DNA of 64,000 nt from an uncultured Gammaproteobacteria bacterium. Its GTDB lineage: Bacteria; Pseudomonadota; Gammaproteobacteria; Xanthomonadales; Rhodanobacteraceae. Where the stretch lies: assembly GCA_963783075.1 (NCBI GenBank), contig CAWAMF010000008.1:72543-136542 (forward strand), in the 5' to 3' direction. Position 1 is the first letter of the stretch, and every line of letters starts with the position of its first letter. This document shows positions 28,170 through 38,664 of this stretch, piece by piece. Below the pieces are notes generated by a model. The model was not told the DNA's origin. It searched no databases and saw only the letters and a list, made by a program, of their open reading frames with translations. The position numbers were made by a program, and so were the translations under genes.

Positions 28170-28786
28170 TGCCCAAGGCCCTCAGCGAGCAGGAAACCGA
28201 AGCCTTCCGCGAACGCATCTGCCAGGCGGCGGCGCAGCTCTACGTGGAGGAAGGCCCCGGCGCGGTCACCATGCGCCGCATCGCCGCCGAGGTCGGCTGC
28301 GGCACCATGACGGCGTATCGCTACTTCGCCAACAAGGAACAGATCATCACCGCGGTGCGCACGCGCGGCCTGCATCGGTTCTCCGAGGCGTTGGAGCGCG
28401 CACTGGAATCGCCGGGCGACGGCCGCCAACGTTCACGCGCCGTGCGCGATGCGTATATCGCGTTTGCGCGTGCGAACACCGCGACGTACCGACTGATGTT
28501 CGAATACCCGGAAACCCATCGCGATGACCCTGCTTATCGCCAAGCGCATGAACGCATGTGGCGCACCGTTGCCGCGCATGTGCAAGTGATGGTGACCGAA
28601 GGCGTGGTGGCCGCGGACCCTGCCATCCTGGGCCATCAGGTATGGGCCGCATTGCATGGCGCGGTGATGCTGGAAATCGCCGGGTTGTTGCCGGAAGGAT
28701 ACGACGCGGCGTCGCTGCATACGCGCACGGCCAGCACGCTTTTCGACGCCGCGAAGCCTGGAAGTTCCTCACCCCGGAGCGCCTGA
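28169..28786 (+). CDS. TetR/AcrR family transcriptional regulator
   Basis: The ATG overlaps the hydrolase stop (TGATG). The HTH region is VTMRRIAAEVGCGTMTAYRYFANKEQII. Confidence 0.85.
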   Translation: MPKALSEQETEAFRERICQAAAQLYVEEGPGAVTMRRIAAEVGCGTMTAYRYFANKEQIITAVRTRGLHRFSEALERALESPGDGRQRSRAVRDAYIAFARANTATYRLMFEYPETHRDDPAYRQAHERMWRTVAAHVQVMVTEGVVAADPAILGHQVWAALHGAVMLEIAGLLPEGYDAASLHTRTASTLFDAAKPGSSSPRSA

Positions 28787-28821
28787 TTAGCGTCGAATTT
28801 CAGCTAGCCTGTTTTTTGGCC

Positions 28822-28902
28822 CGTCATTCCCGCGAAAGCGGGAATCCAGCGTCTTTACCAACGACCAAGGCGCTGGATCCCCGCTTTCGCGGGGATGACG
28901 GC
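28822..28902. repeat. Family D inverted repeat pair
   Basis: cgtcattcccgcgaaagcgggaatccagcg ... cgctggatccccgctttcgcggggatgacg. Confidence 0.7.
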
Positions 28903-29169
28903 GTATTCAAAGGTTTCTTAGCTGAGATTCGACGCAGTCAGGCCCTCCGGGGAAATGACTGAGGTGAGCCACCTGAAGGTGGTGAAGGGCGGTGCTCGCG
29001 GGAAGGCTCGCTTGAACAACCCTCGTCGCAAGATTGGCATCTCAGCCTGCACTCTCTCCCATAGAGACTACCTTCGGGTCGCCCGGAGGGGAGAGGGAAA
29101 AGGGGCGCGGCACATGGCAACCATTCGTCCCGGGTGCACGATAAGAACTTTCCCCTGCGGAGCTCCCCC

Positions 29170-30165
29170 ATGAAGTACCGCACCCTCGGTCAACAGGGCC
29201 CCAATGTTTCCGCTCTCGGCCTCGGCTGCATGGGCATGTCCGGCATGTATGGCGCGGCTGATCGAAACGAAGGCATCGCCACCATCCATGCTGCGCTCGA
29301 CGCCGGTATCACCCTGCTCGACACCGGCGATTTTTACGGCATGGGCCACAACGAGATGCTGATTGGCGACGCGCTCGTTGGCCGCCCACGCGACAGCTAC
29401 CAGCTCAGCGTGAAATTCGGCGCGCAGCGCGGACCCGGCGGCGACTGGCTGGGCTACGACGCCCGCCCCGCCGCGGTGAAGACCGCGCTGGCCTATACGC
29501 TGCAGCGCCTGCGCACCGACTACATCGACATCTACCGCCCGGCCCGGCTGGACCGCAACGTGCCGATCGAGGACACCGTGGGCGCCATCGCTGACCTGCA
29601 GAAAGCTGGCTACGTGCGTTATCTGGGCTTGTCCGAGATGGGTGCCAGCACCATTCGGCGCGCCAACGCGGTGATGCCGGTCGCGGACCTGCAGATCGAG
29701 TATTCACTGATCTCACGCGGTATCGAGGCGGCCATCCTGCCCGCCTGCCGCGAACTGGGTGTTGGCATCACCGCCTACGGCGTGCTCTCGCGCGGCCTGA
29801 TCAGCGGTCACTGGTCGCCCGACCGCAACGCCGACGCTCGCGATTTCCGTGCACACAGCCCGCGTTTCCAGGGCGACAACCTCACCCACAACCTCGGCCT
29901 GGTCGATCTGCTGCGCGAATTGGCTGAGGCACGTGGCGTCAGCGTGGCCCAATTGGCGATTGCCTGGGTATTGGCCCAAGGTGAAGACATTGCCCCGCTG
30001 ATCGGCGCCCGCACCCGCACGCGCTTGCAGGAGGCCCTGGGCGCACTTGGCGTCTCACTGCGCGCAGAGGACCTGGCCGCCATCGACCAGGCCATCCCAC
30101 CGGGCGCGGCCGCCGGCGAACGCTACAACAGCCATGGCATGGCCTCGCTGGACAGCGAGCGCTAG
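29170..30165 (+). CDS. Aldo/keto reductase
   Basis: The start is ATG 29170 (MKYRTLGQQGPNVSALGLGCMGMSGMYG...LLDTGDFYGMGHNE). Confidence 0.9.
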   Translation: MKYRTLGQQGPNVSALGLGCMGMSGMYGAADRNEGIATIHAALDAGITLLDTGDFYGMGHNEMLIGDALVGRPRDSYQLSVKFGAQRGPGGDWLGYDARPAAVKTALAYTLQRLRTDYIDIYRPARLDRNVPIEDTVGAIADLQKAGYVRYLGLSEMGASTIRRANAVMPVADLQIEYSLISRGIEAAILPACRELGVGITAYGVLSRGLISGHWSPDRNADARDFRAHSPRFQGDNLTHNLGLVDLLRELAEARGVSVAQLAIAWVLAQGEDIAPLIGARTRTRLQEALGALGVSLRAEDLAAIDQAIPPGAAAGERYNSHGMASLDSER

Positions 30166-30217
30166 TACGCCGTCTGCGCGCGACAAACGGGCGATGCGGC
30201 ATCTACGTGACGCCGCG

Positions 30218-30242
30218 GTCGCGCACAGGGTGCGCTCCTACA
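30218..30242. repeat. REP unit, family A (second unit degenerate)
   Basis: gtcgcgcacagggtgcgctcctaca. A degenerate partner, gtacgccgtctgcgcgcgac, lies at about 30165-30190. This unit contains the TAG stop of the DUF817 gene. Confidence 0.7.
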
Positions 30243-31107
30243 CGACGGCGCGACGCTTCTGGGCCACCGCCGACACCAGCACATAGCTGATCACCATCAG
30301 CAGCAACCAGGCACCCAGCTTGCCCAGCGGCACCAGCGTCCAGCCGTGTCGCTGCACCGGGTAGCGCCACGCCGCAGCGAAGGTGCCGAGGTTCTCCGCC
30401 AGCCAGATAAACAGCGCCACCAGCACGAACCCCAGCAGCAACGGCATGCGTCGATGGACATGGCGTACGCGAAAGAGAATCCAGGTACGCCCGAACAGCC
30501 ATGCCAGCGCCGCAAACAGCAGCCAGCGCGCATCTGGCAGGAAATGATGCGCGAAGAAGTTGGCGTAGATCGCCAGCGCCAGCCACGCGGTGGCGGCAAA
30601 AGGCGGATGCCGCACGAAGCGGAAGTCGAACAGCCGCCACGCCCGGGCGATGTAGCTGCCCACCGCGGCGTACATGAAGCCCGTAAACAGCGGCACACCG
30701 CCAATGCGCAGCACGGAAGACTCCGGGTAGACCCACGAGCCCATCGCCGTCTTGAACACCTCCATCGCGGTGCCCACCAGATGAAAGCAAAGGATGACCC
30801 GCGCCTCATCCCGCGTTTCCAGTCCGCTGGCAATCAGCACCAGCTGCAAGGCAAGCGCCGCCAGCACCAGGAAGTCATAACGGGCCAGCCACGCGCCAGC
30901 CGGATACCAGGCCCAGGTGCCCAGCAACAAAGCAAGCATGCAGCCGCCGAACAGGCATGCCCTGGCCTGTTTCAGTCCAAAACAGACAAATTCGTGCAGC
31001 GCTATCGCCCACCAGCCGCGGCCGGAGGCCCAGCTTGCCGCCTGGTCATCCAGCACTGTCGCCATCCGCCATGCGGGGCTTGCTGCCGGCATGTCTGTCC
31101 GCGCCAT
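30238..31107 (-). CDS. DUF817 family membrane protein
   Basis: This 289-aa polytopic membrane protein has the segment ...FGLKQARACLFGG...FHLVGTAMEVFKT...GGVPLFTGFMYAAVGSYI..., recalled as DUF817-like. Confidence 0.7.
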   Translation of the reverse strand: MARTDMPAASPAWRMATVLDDQAASWASGRGWWAIALHEFVCFGLKQARACLFGGCMLALLLGTWAWYPAGAWLARYDFLVLAALALQLVLIASGLETRDEARVILCFHLVGTAMEVFKTAMGSWVYPESSVLRIGGVPLFTGFMYAAVGSYIARAWRLFDFRFVRHPPFAATAWLALAIYANFFAHHFLPDARWLLFAALAWLFGRTWILFRVRHVHRRMPLLLGFVLVALFIWLAENLGTFAAAWRYPVQRHGWTLVPLGKLGAWLLLMVISYVLVSAVAQKRRAVV

Positions 31108-31317
31108 CGGCCTTCTCCGGGGAAAAGGCCAGCCTGAACGCGGCCGCTGCCGTTTCAGGGGCGATGGATGGCACCAGACGGGCGCTGCGGTCGCAAAGTG
31201 CGGGCGGTGCCGTCACCGGGGCGTCCCCACAAGCCGCTATAATGCGCGGTTTAACACCCACTCTGATTGCACCGCCTGCCCTTCTCGGCCGGCGTCGTGC
31301 ACGCCGCCGGAGGCTCC

Positions 31318-32980
<1,663 letters not shown>

Positions 32981-32985
32981 CGCAC

Positions 32986-33013
32986 GCCCCCTCCCCTGCA
33001 CGCAGGGGGAGGA
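32986..33013. repeat. Family B hairpin, possible ettA terminator
   Basis: ccccctcccctgcacgcagggggagg lies 6 nt after the ettA stop. There is no clear U-tract. Confidence 0.5.
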
Positions 33014-33042
33014 GCAACATCCAACGCACACCGGAGACCACG

Positions 33043-33870
33043 ATGCACTTCATGCAATCACTGCAACAGGCATGGACCCGTAACCAGTCTCTGGTCTGCG
33101 TTGGCCTCGACCCGGAACCCTCGAAGTTCCCTGCCCATCTGCATGGCCACCCGGACGCGGTACTCGAATTTTGCCGCGCCATCGTCGATGCCACCGCCGA
33201 TCTCGTGTGCTCGTACAAGCCGCAAATCGCGCACTTCGCTGCGCTACGTGCCGAAGACGCACTGGAACGGTTGATCACCTATATCCACGACAACCATCCC
33301 GGCGTACCGGTGATTCTCGACGCCAAGCGCGGTGACATCGGCAGCACGGCGCAGCATTACGCCACCGAAGCATTTGATCGCTACGGCGCCGACGCGGTGA
33401 CGTTGAACCCGTATCTCGGCCGCGATTCCATCCAGCCGTTCCTCAATCGCGCCGACAAGGGTGTGATCCTGCTCTGCCACACCTCCAATCCGGGTGCCGC
33501 CGACCTGCAGGACCTCACCGTCAATGATGAAGACGGCCATGCCATGCCGCTGTACCAGCACGTGGCAAAGATCATCGCTCGCGACTGGAATGAACACGGC
33601 AACTGCGCGCTGGTGACCGGCGCCACCTGGCCGGAACAGCTGCGCGAAGTGCGTGCGTTGGTTGGCGACATGCCACTGCTGGTGCCTGGCATCGGTGCGC
33701 AAGGTGGCGACGTGGAAGCCGTCGTCAACAACGGCCGCACCGCGGATGGCACCGGCCTGCTGATCAGTTCGTCCCGCGCGATTCTCTACGCTGGCAACGA
33801 CGAACATTTCGCCGAGGCGGCACGCGCCGCCACGCTGGAACTGCGCGACACCATCAACTGTTATCGCTGA
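33043..33870 (+). CDS. pyrF: Orotidine 5'-phosphate decarboxylase (type 2)
   Basis: The motifs are [24 protein letters not shown] and [11 protein letters not shown]. Confidence 0.9.
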   Translation: MHFMQSLQQAWTRNQSLVCVGLDPEPSKFPAHLHGHPDAVLEFCRAIVDATADLVCSYKPQIAHFAALRAEDALERLITYIHDNHPGVPVILDAKRGDIGSTAQHYATEAFDRYGADAVTLNPYLGRDSIQPFLNRADKGVILLCHTSNPGAADLQDLTVNDEDGHAMPLYQHVAKIIARDWNEHGNCALVTGATWPEQLREVRALVGDMPLLVPGIGAQGGDVEAVVNNGRTADGTGLLISSSRAILYAGNDEHFAEAARAATLELRDTINCYR

Positions 33871-33880
33871 TTCCAGCTCT

Positions 33881-33961
33881 TGTAGGGGCGCACCCTGTGC
33901 GCGACCGTGCGCTGGGCGCTATCGCTTCGTAGGTTTGTCGCGCACAGGGTGCGCTCCTACA
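33881..33961. repeat. REP doublet, family A
   Basis: tgtaggggcgcaccctgtgcgcgac (33881-33905) and gtcgcgcacagggtgcgctcctaca (33937-33961) are separated by a 31-nt spacer. The doublet lies between convergent genes. Confidence 0.85.
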
Positions 33962-33962
33962 T

Positions 33963-35126
33963 TCAAGGGCTTTCGGCAAGCGCCATGGTCGGACGGGGTG
34001 CGCCTAGCCAACGTTGCCGCAACCAGTGCTCGGCAGGCGTCGACACGTAGCGTTCGACCAGCCAACCAAGCAGCCAGCACAACGGCAAAGCCGGCAGATA
34101 CCAAAGCACGCCTAGCGCGACGTTCCCGCCAGCCGCTTTGTAGAGCCGTACGAGCGCGGTCACCACGAACATGTGGGTGAGATAGATTTCGTAACTCAAT
34201 CGCCCCCAGGAACGCAGCCAACCCAGGCAAGGTACCGGCCGTCTGTCACTGCGCCAATGACTTGCCAGCACCAGGCACAACGCCGCGCCGGTCAGCACCA
34301 GCATGTAGCCATTGCGTAGCAGGCCCCAGATCGCGAGGCCATCGAGCATGACCCAACCCATGCCCAACACGCCAAGCCAGGCCAGCAGCAGCGACGTGGT
34401 TGGCGGCACTCTGGGATAACGAGCCGCGAGCATGGCACCGAGCACACCCGTGGCAATCGCCGCCATGCCGGGGAGATAAGCTTTCTCCTGCCAGATTTCG
34501 TTGGACTCGAGTGCGGCACGCGTGACAGGCAGCAACAACGCCAGCAGGATCAGCAACGGCACCAGCACCATGTTGCGCCGGATCAACAGGCACACCAACG
34601 GAAAGCCCAGATAGAACACTTCCTCGATCGACAGTGACCACAACACGTCCCAGTTGCCGGGGAGGTAGCCGGTCATGCCTTCGTACCAATTGAGGTGAAA
34701 ACCCAGCGCCGAGACGACCGCGCGTAACAAGGTCTGGCCCTCGCGGTGGATGACGTAATCCTGCACGCCCAACACGTGCAGCGCGCTCAACAACGCCACC
34801 AACAGCAACAGGCAAGGGGCAATGCGCGAAAAACGTCGCGCGTAGAACGCACGAAGATCCACTTGCGCCAGCGCCCCGTAGCGGCGCAACACGTTGCCGG
34901 CGATAAGGAAACCGGAGATCACGAAGAATATAAACACGGCCTCGTAGCCGTTGTAGTTCAGTGCGGCCAGCAGTTCCCTGGGCACGAACCCGGCAAGCAC
35001 GCCTTTCTTCAGCGGTATGCGCAACCCGATGTGATGCAACACCACCAGCAGGATGGAAAACCCGCGCAGCAGGTCGATGCCCGTATTGCGACCTCGTCTG
35101 CCTTCCTGGCAAGCAGCGCCGCTCAT
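33963..35126 (-). CDS. Acyltransferase family 3 membrane protein
   Basis: The N-terminus GIDLLRGFSILLVVLHH is followed by about 10 TM helices. Confidence 0.85.
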   Translation of the reverse strand: MSGAACQEGRRGRNTGIDLLRGFSILLVVLHHIGLRIPLKKGVLAGFVPRELLAALNYNGYEAVFIFFVISGFLIAGNVLRRYGALAQVDLRAFYARRFSRIAPCLLLLVALLSALHVLGVQDYVIHREGQTLLRAVVSALGFHLNWYEGMTGYLPGNWDVLWSLSIEEVFYLGFPLVCLLIRRNMVLVPLLILLALLLPVTRAALESNEIWQEKAYLPGMAAIATGVLGAMLAARYPRVPPTTSLLLAWLGVLGMGWVMLDGLAIWGLLRNGYMLVLTGAALCLVLASHWRSDRRPVPCLGWLRSWGRLSYEIYLTHMFVVTALVRLYKAAGGNVALGVLWYLPALPLCWLLGWLVERYVSTPAEHWLRQRWLGAPRPTMALAESP

Positions 35127-35133
35127 GCGTGAA

Positions 35134-35916
35134 TCAGGGCGTGGCGGCAGGCAGGTCGTGGATCATCTGTTGCGCCAATCCTTCGTAGTTGTAGTCGAAG
35201 TGATGGTCGCCGATCTTCTCGTAGACCTTGATCCATGCGGGCAGCTTTGGATCGGAACAGATGGTCTGCGCCTTGTCTTTGATGCCGTAGTAGCACACCA
35301 CCGGCGGGTGGCCATCCAAGGCTGCCAGCGGCGGCATGGCATCGTAGTGGCGCACCGGATTGAGCCACTGGAAGAAGTCCTGGGCATGCGTCTTCCACCA
35401 GCCCTCCTTCATATAGCCTTCCATCTCGATCTCGAAGTTCACGTCCTGGCTGGGCGAGAGCATCACGATCTGGGCAATGCGGCCACGCCCTTCGGGACTG
35501 AGGTGATCGACGATGGATGGCAACACGTCGGCGCCGAACGAAAAGCCGATCAGCCAGATGCGACGCTTGTCGCCTTGCGCCACGGTGCGCGCGATAAGTG
35601 CATCGAGGTCGGCCGCCGAATCGGCTACCGAACGCTCGCGCCAGTAGTACTGCAACAGGCTGACGCCCATCACCGGGATGCCATGCGATGCGATGATCTT
35701 GCCCAGCGACTGGTCCAGATCGCGCCAGCCGCCATCACCGGAATAGAAGATCGCCACCACGTCGTCGCGACCGGCCAGCGGCGTGACACCGGGCTGGGCC
35801 GGCACACTGACGATCGATTCTTCCAGGCTCGCATGGTGCCACGGCTGCCAGAGCCAAAGCCCGGCGGCACCGGCCAACACGATCACGAGCACCATCCACT
35901 TCCAAACTCGTTTCAA
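35134..35916 (-). CDS. AcvB/VirJ family lysyl-phosphatidylglycerol hydrolase-like protein
   Basis: It has an N-terminal anchor, then AIFYSGDGGWRDLD and the GxSxG-like LIGFSFGADV. The start is either TTG 35916, overlapping the mprF stop (TTGA), or ATG 35895. Confidence 0.8.
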   Translation of the reverse strand: MKRVWKWMVLVIVLAGAAGLWLWQPWHHASLEESIVSVPAQPGVTPLAGRDDVVAIFYSGDGGWRDLDQSLGKIIASHGIPVMGVSLLQYYWRERSVADSAADLDALIARTVAQGDKRRIWLIGFSFGADVLPSIVDHLSPEGRGRIAQIVMLSPSQDVNFEIEMEGYMKEGWWKTHAQDFFQWLNPVRHYDAMPPLAALDGHPPVVCYYGIKDKAQTICSDPKLPAWIKVYEKIGDHHFDYNYEGLAQQMIHDLPAATP

Positions 35917-38552
35917 CGACGCACCATGCCTGAAAGTCCACCCGAGATAAGGCTCGCCACATTGGCGAACACCAGCGGCAACGCAATGCCATTAGGCACC
36001 GCAAGATACCGGGGTTCCCACACCGGGTCGAATTTGTCCTTGTACTTGTGCAGGCCGCGAAAGTTGTAGAAGCGTTCGCCGCGACCAAACAGCATGGCGC
36101 CCAGTCGACTCCACAGCGGCGCGGCGCGGCGATTCTGCAGGCCCGAGAGCGGCGCCATGCCCAGGTTGAACCAGCGGTAGCCTTCCTGTTTGGCCCACAT
36201 CATCAGTTCCACGAACAGGAAATCCATGATGCCGGAGGTGCTGTCCGGGAGGTGGCGCATGAGGTCCAGCGAGGCCTCTTCCTTGTTGTCGGTGAGGAAC
36301 AGGTTGGCGAAAGCCACCAGTTCCTCGCCCTGCCACACCAGCGCCATCGGCGTGCGCTCCAGGTAACCTGGATCGAACGTACCCAGCGAGAAGCCCTTCT
36401 CGCGCACGCGCTTGTCGCGCATCCAGGCGTCGGAAATGTGCTTCAGGCGCGGCAGCAATGGCGACACCGCTTCGGCCGGCACGATCTCCAGCCGCAGCCC
36501 TTCGCGGGTGAGCTTGTTGATCGTGTTGCGCAACACTTTCTTGGACTTGCCGTCGAGATTGAAGCTGGCCAGCGCCACGCGCGCTTCCTCGCCGATCTTC
36601 AGCAGGTTCATGCCCACTTCGAGGTAGAGATCCAGATCTTCCGGACGTACCTGGTAGAACAGCGGCCAGCCGCCCGAACGCTCGCACAGGTCGCGAAACG
36701 TCCACACCAGCTCGCGTCGCGCCTCGTCCGACTCGCCCACCGGATCGCCCATGGCGACCCAGCTGCGGCCTTCCACGTCGTACATGATGAAGGCTTTGTC
36801 TTCGGGGTCAAACAGCAGCGTCTTGTCGCCCATCAAGGCCAGGTGCGCCTGGGCCGAGGAGTAGTTCTTGATCAGCGGCAGCGCCTTGCCCAACTCCGCT
36901 TCGTTGGGTAACCGCAGGTTGGGGCGCGCCGGACGGATCAGGTTGGCGAGTGCGAACAGCAAGCCCGCTGTCGTGGCGCCCACCAGCGCACGCAGCGCAC
37001 GTGGCGCGCCGCCGTGATAGAAGCTGAATTCCCACCACAGGTTGTTGCTGTATTCCACGTGCTTGTAGCTGAAGCCCACCAGCCAGCCGGCACAACCCAG
37101 CACGGCAACGATGGCGATGATCCATCCCCACGAGAAGCTCGCACTGAACAGCGAGGTGCGCCGGTAGAACAGCTTGTGCGCGGGCGCCAATGCCAAGGCC
37201 AGCAGCGACAGCAGCGTGGCTTCTTCGTAATCGATGCCCTTGAGCAGCGACAACACCGCACCGAGCACCAGCAATACCAGGGTGAGCACGTAGGCCGCAT
37301 CCAGTCGCCGCTGCAAACCACGGGCGAGGATCAGCAGCATCATGCCGACCACGCTGGACAGGAAATGGGAAACCTCCAGCACCGCCAGCGGCAGCACATC
37401 GCGCAAAATCGCCATGCGCGTCGGCAAGGCCGAGGTGGCGCCGGAGAACAGCAGCACCGCACCGGACACCATCGTCAGCCCGGCAAAGAACGGCGGCAGC
37501 AGCGCGGTGAACCAGGGCGCCAGCAGCGTCTTCTGGCGCAGTCCGCGCGCCTCACGCCACAGCACCACCAAGGTGGCCGCAAGCAACGGCAGGAAGTAGT
37601 AGATCAGGCGATACGCCGCCAGCGCGCCGAGGATCGGCGCTTCCAGGCCCTGATTGCCCTCGGCGCCGAAGCCCGCAAGCATCACCGCCTCGAACACACC
37701 CAGGCCGCCCGGCACGTGGCTGACCAGGCCAGCGATCTGCGCCAGCACGAAGATGGCCAGGAAATGCCCGAAGCCGGTGTCGACCCCGTCGGGCATCAGC
37801 AGGTACAGCACGTAGGCGGCCAGGCCCCAATCGACTGCACCTACCAGAATCTGTCGCGCTGCGGTCAGCGTGGACGGCAGGCTCACCCGCCAGCGCCAGA
37901 TGCGCAGCGGACGACGCAGCAACCGATTACCCATCAGCCACAACAGCGGAATCAGGGTGAGCACGCAGGCCACCGGCAAGCGCCAGCTGGCCAACGGCAA
38001 TGAGGGCGGCACCGGCACCAGCAGCAGGGTCACGCCGGTCAGCGCGCACAGGCCCAGCCAGAAGCTGAGCGTGCAATACACCACCACCTTGGCCACCTCC
38101 GCGGTGGACAGGCCGGCCTGGATATAGAAGCGGTAACGGATGGAACCGGAGATCAGCAGCGCCATGCCCAGCGCATTGCTGAAGGCATAGCTGATAAAGG
38201 AGATCAGGCTGACCTGTGGCCCTGGCAGGCGCTTGCCGATATAGGCCAACCCGAACCAGTCATACAGGATCATCACGCCGTAGCTGCCTGCAGTAAGCAG
38301 CACCGCCAAGGCAATGCGGTAGTTCTCCAGGCCGTGGACATAGCGGGCCACCTCGCGGTAGCTCACCTCGCTGGCAAGGCGGTGCAGCGCCCACAGCGCC
38401 AGACAAAGCATGGCCACCGAAAGCAGCGGACCGGCGAGCCGACGCAGCCTGGCCATCAGACTAGGACGGGCCAGCATGTCTCCGGAAATCGGGGCCTCCG
38501 CCCCTGTCTGCTCCACCACGCGTTTACCGCCTCCACTTCGACCGTCGCGCAC
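35913..38552 (-). CDS. mprF: Bifunctional lysylphosphatidylglycerol flippase/synthetase MprF
   Basis: This ~860-880-aa protein has an N-terminal polytopic flippase region and a C-terminal aminoacyl-PG synthase (DUF2156-like) domain. The start is uncertain: GTG 38552, ATG 38477 or ATG 38456. Confidence 0.9.
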   Translation of the reverse strand: MRDGRSGGGKRVVEQTGAEAPISGDMLARPSLMARLRRLAGPLLSVAMLCLALWALHRLASEVSYREVARYVHGLENYRIALAVLLTAGSYGVMILYDWFGLAYIGKRLPGPQVSLISFISYAFSNALGMALLISGSIRYRFYIQAGLSTAEVAKVVVYCTLSFWLGLCALTGVTLLLVPVPPSLPLASWRLPVACVLTLIPLLWLMGNRLLRRPLRIWRWRVSLPSTLTAARQILVGAVDWGLAAYVLYLLMPDGVDTGFGHFLAIFVLAQIAGLVSHVPGGLGVFEAVMLAGFGAEGNQGLEAPILGALAAYRLIYYFLPLLAATLVVLWREARGLRQKTLLAPWFTALLPPFFAGLTMVSGAVLLFSGATSALPTRMAILRDVLPLAVLEVSHFLSSVVGMMLLILARGLQRRLDAAYVLTLVLLVLGAVLSLLKGIDYEEATLLSLLALALAPAHKLFYRRTSLFSASFSWGWIIAIVAVLGCAGWLVGFSYKHVEYSNNLWWEFSFYHGGAPRALRALVGATTAGLLFALANLIRPARPNLRLPNEAELGKALPLIKNYSSAQAHLALMGDKTLLFDPEDKAFIMYDVEGRSWVAMGDPVGESDEARRELVWTFRDLCERSGGWPLFYQVRPEDLDLYLEVGMNLLKIGEEARVALASFNLDGKSKKVLRNTINKLTREGLRLEIVPAEAVSPLLPRLKHISDAWMRDKRVREKGFSLGTFDPGYLERTPMALVWQGEELVAFANLFLTDNKEEASLDLMRHLPDSTSGIMDFLFVELMMWAKQEGYRWFNLGMAPLSGLQNRRAAPLWSRLGAMLFGRGERFYNFRGLHKYKDKFDPVWEPRYLAVPNGIALPLVFANVASLISGGLSGMVRR

Positions 38553-38627
38553 GATTTCGCTGCGACCGCCTAGGATAGCCGGTCAGAGCGCACTCCTGTT
38601 CGATCGTGGCATGCAGGGATGACATTT

Positions 38628-38657
38628 GGTCGCGGCCGCTTCAGGCAGGCCGCGACC
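38628..38657. terminator. Hairpin after the OPT transporter gene
   Basis: ggtcgcggcc / ggccgcgacc form a 10-bp stem with a 10-nt loop. There is no U-tract. Confidence 0.3.
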
Positions 38658-38664
38658 CTCAAAT

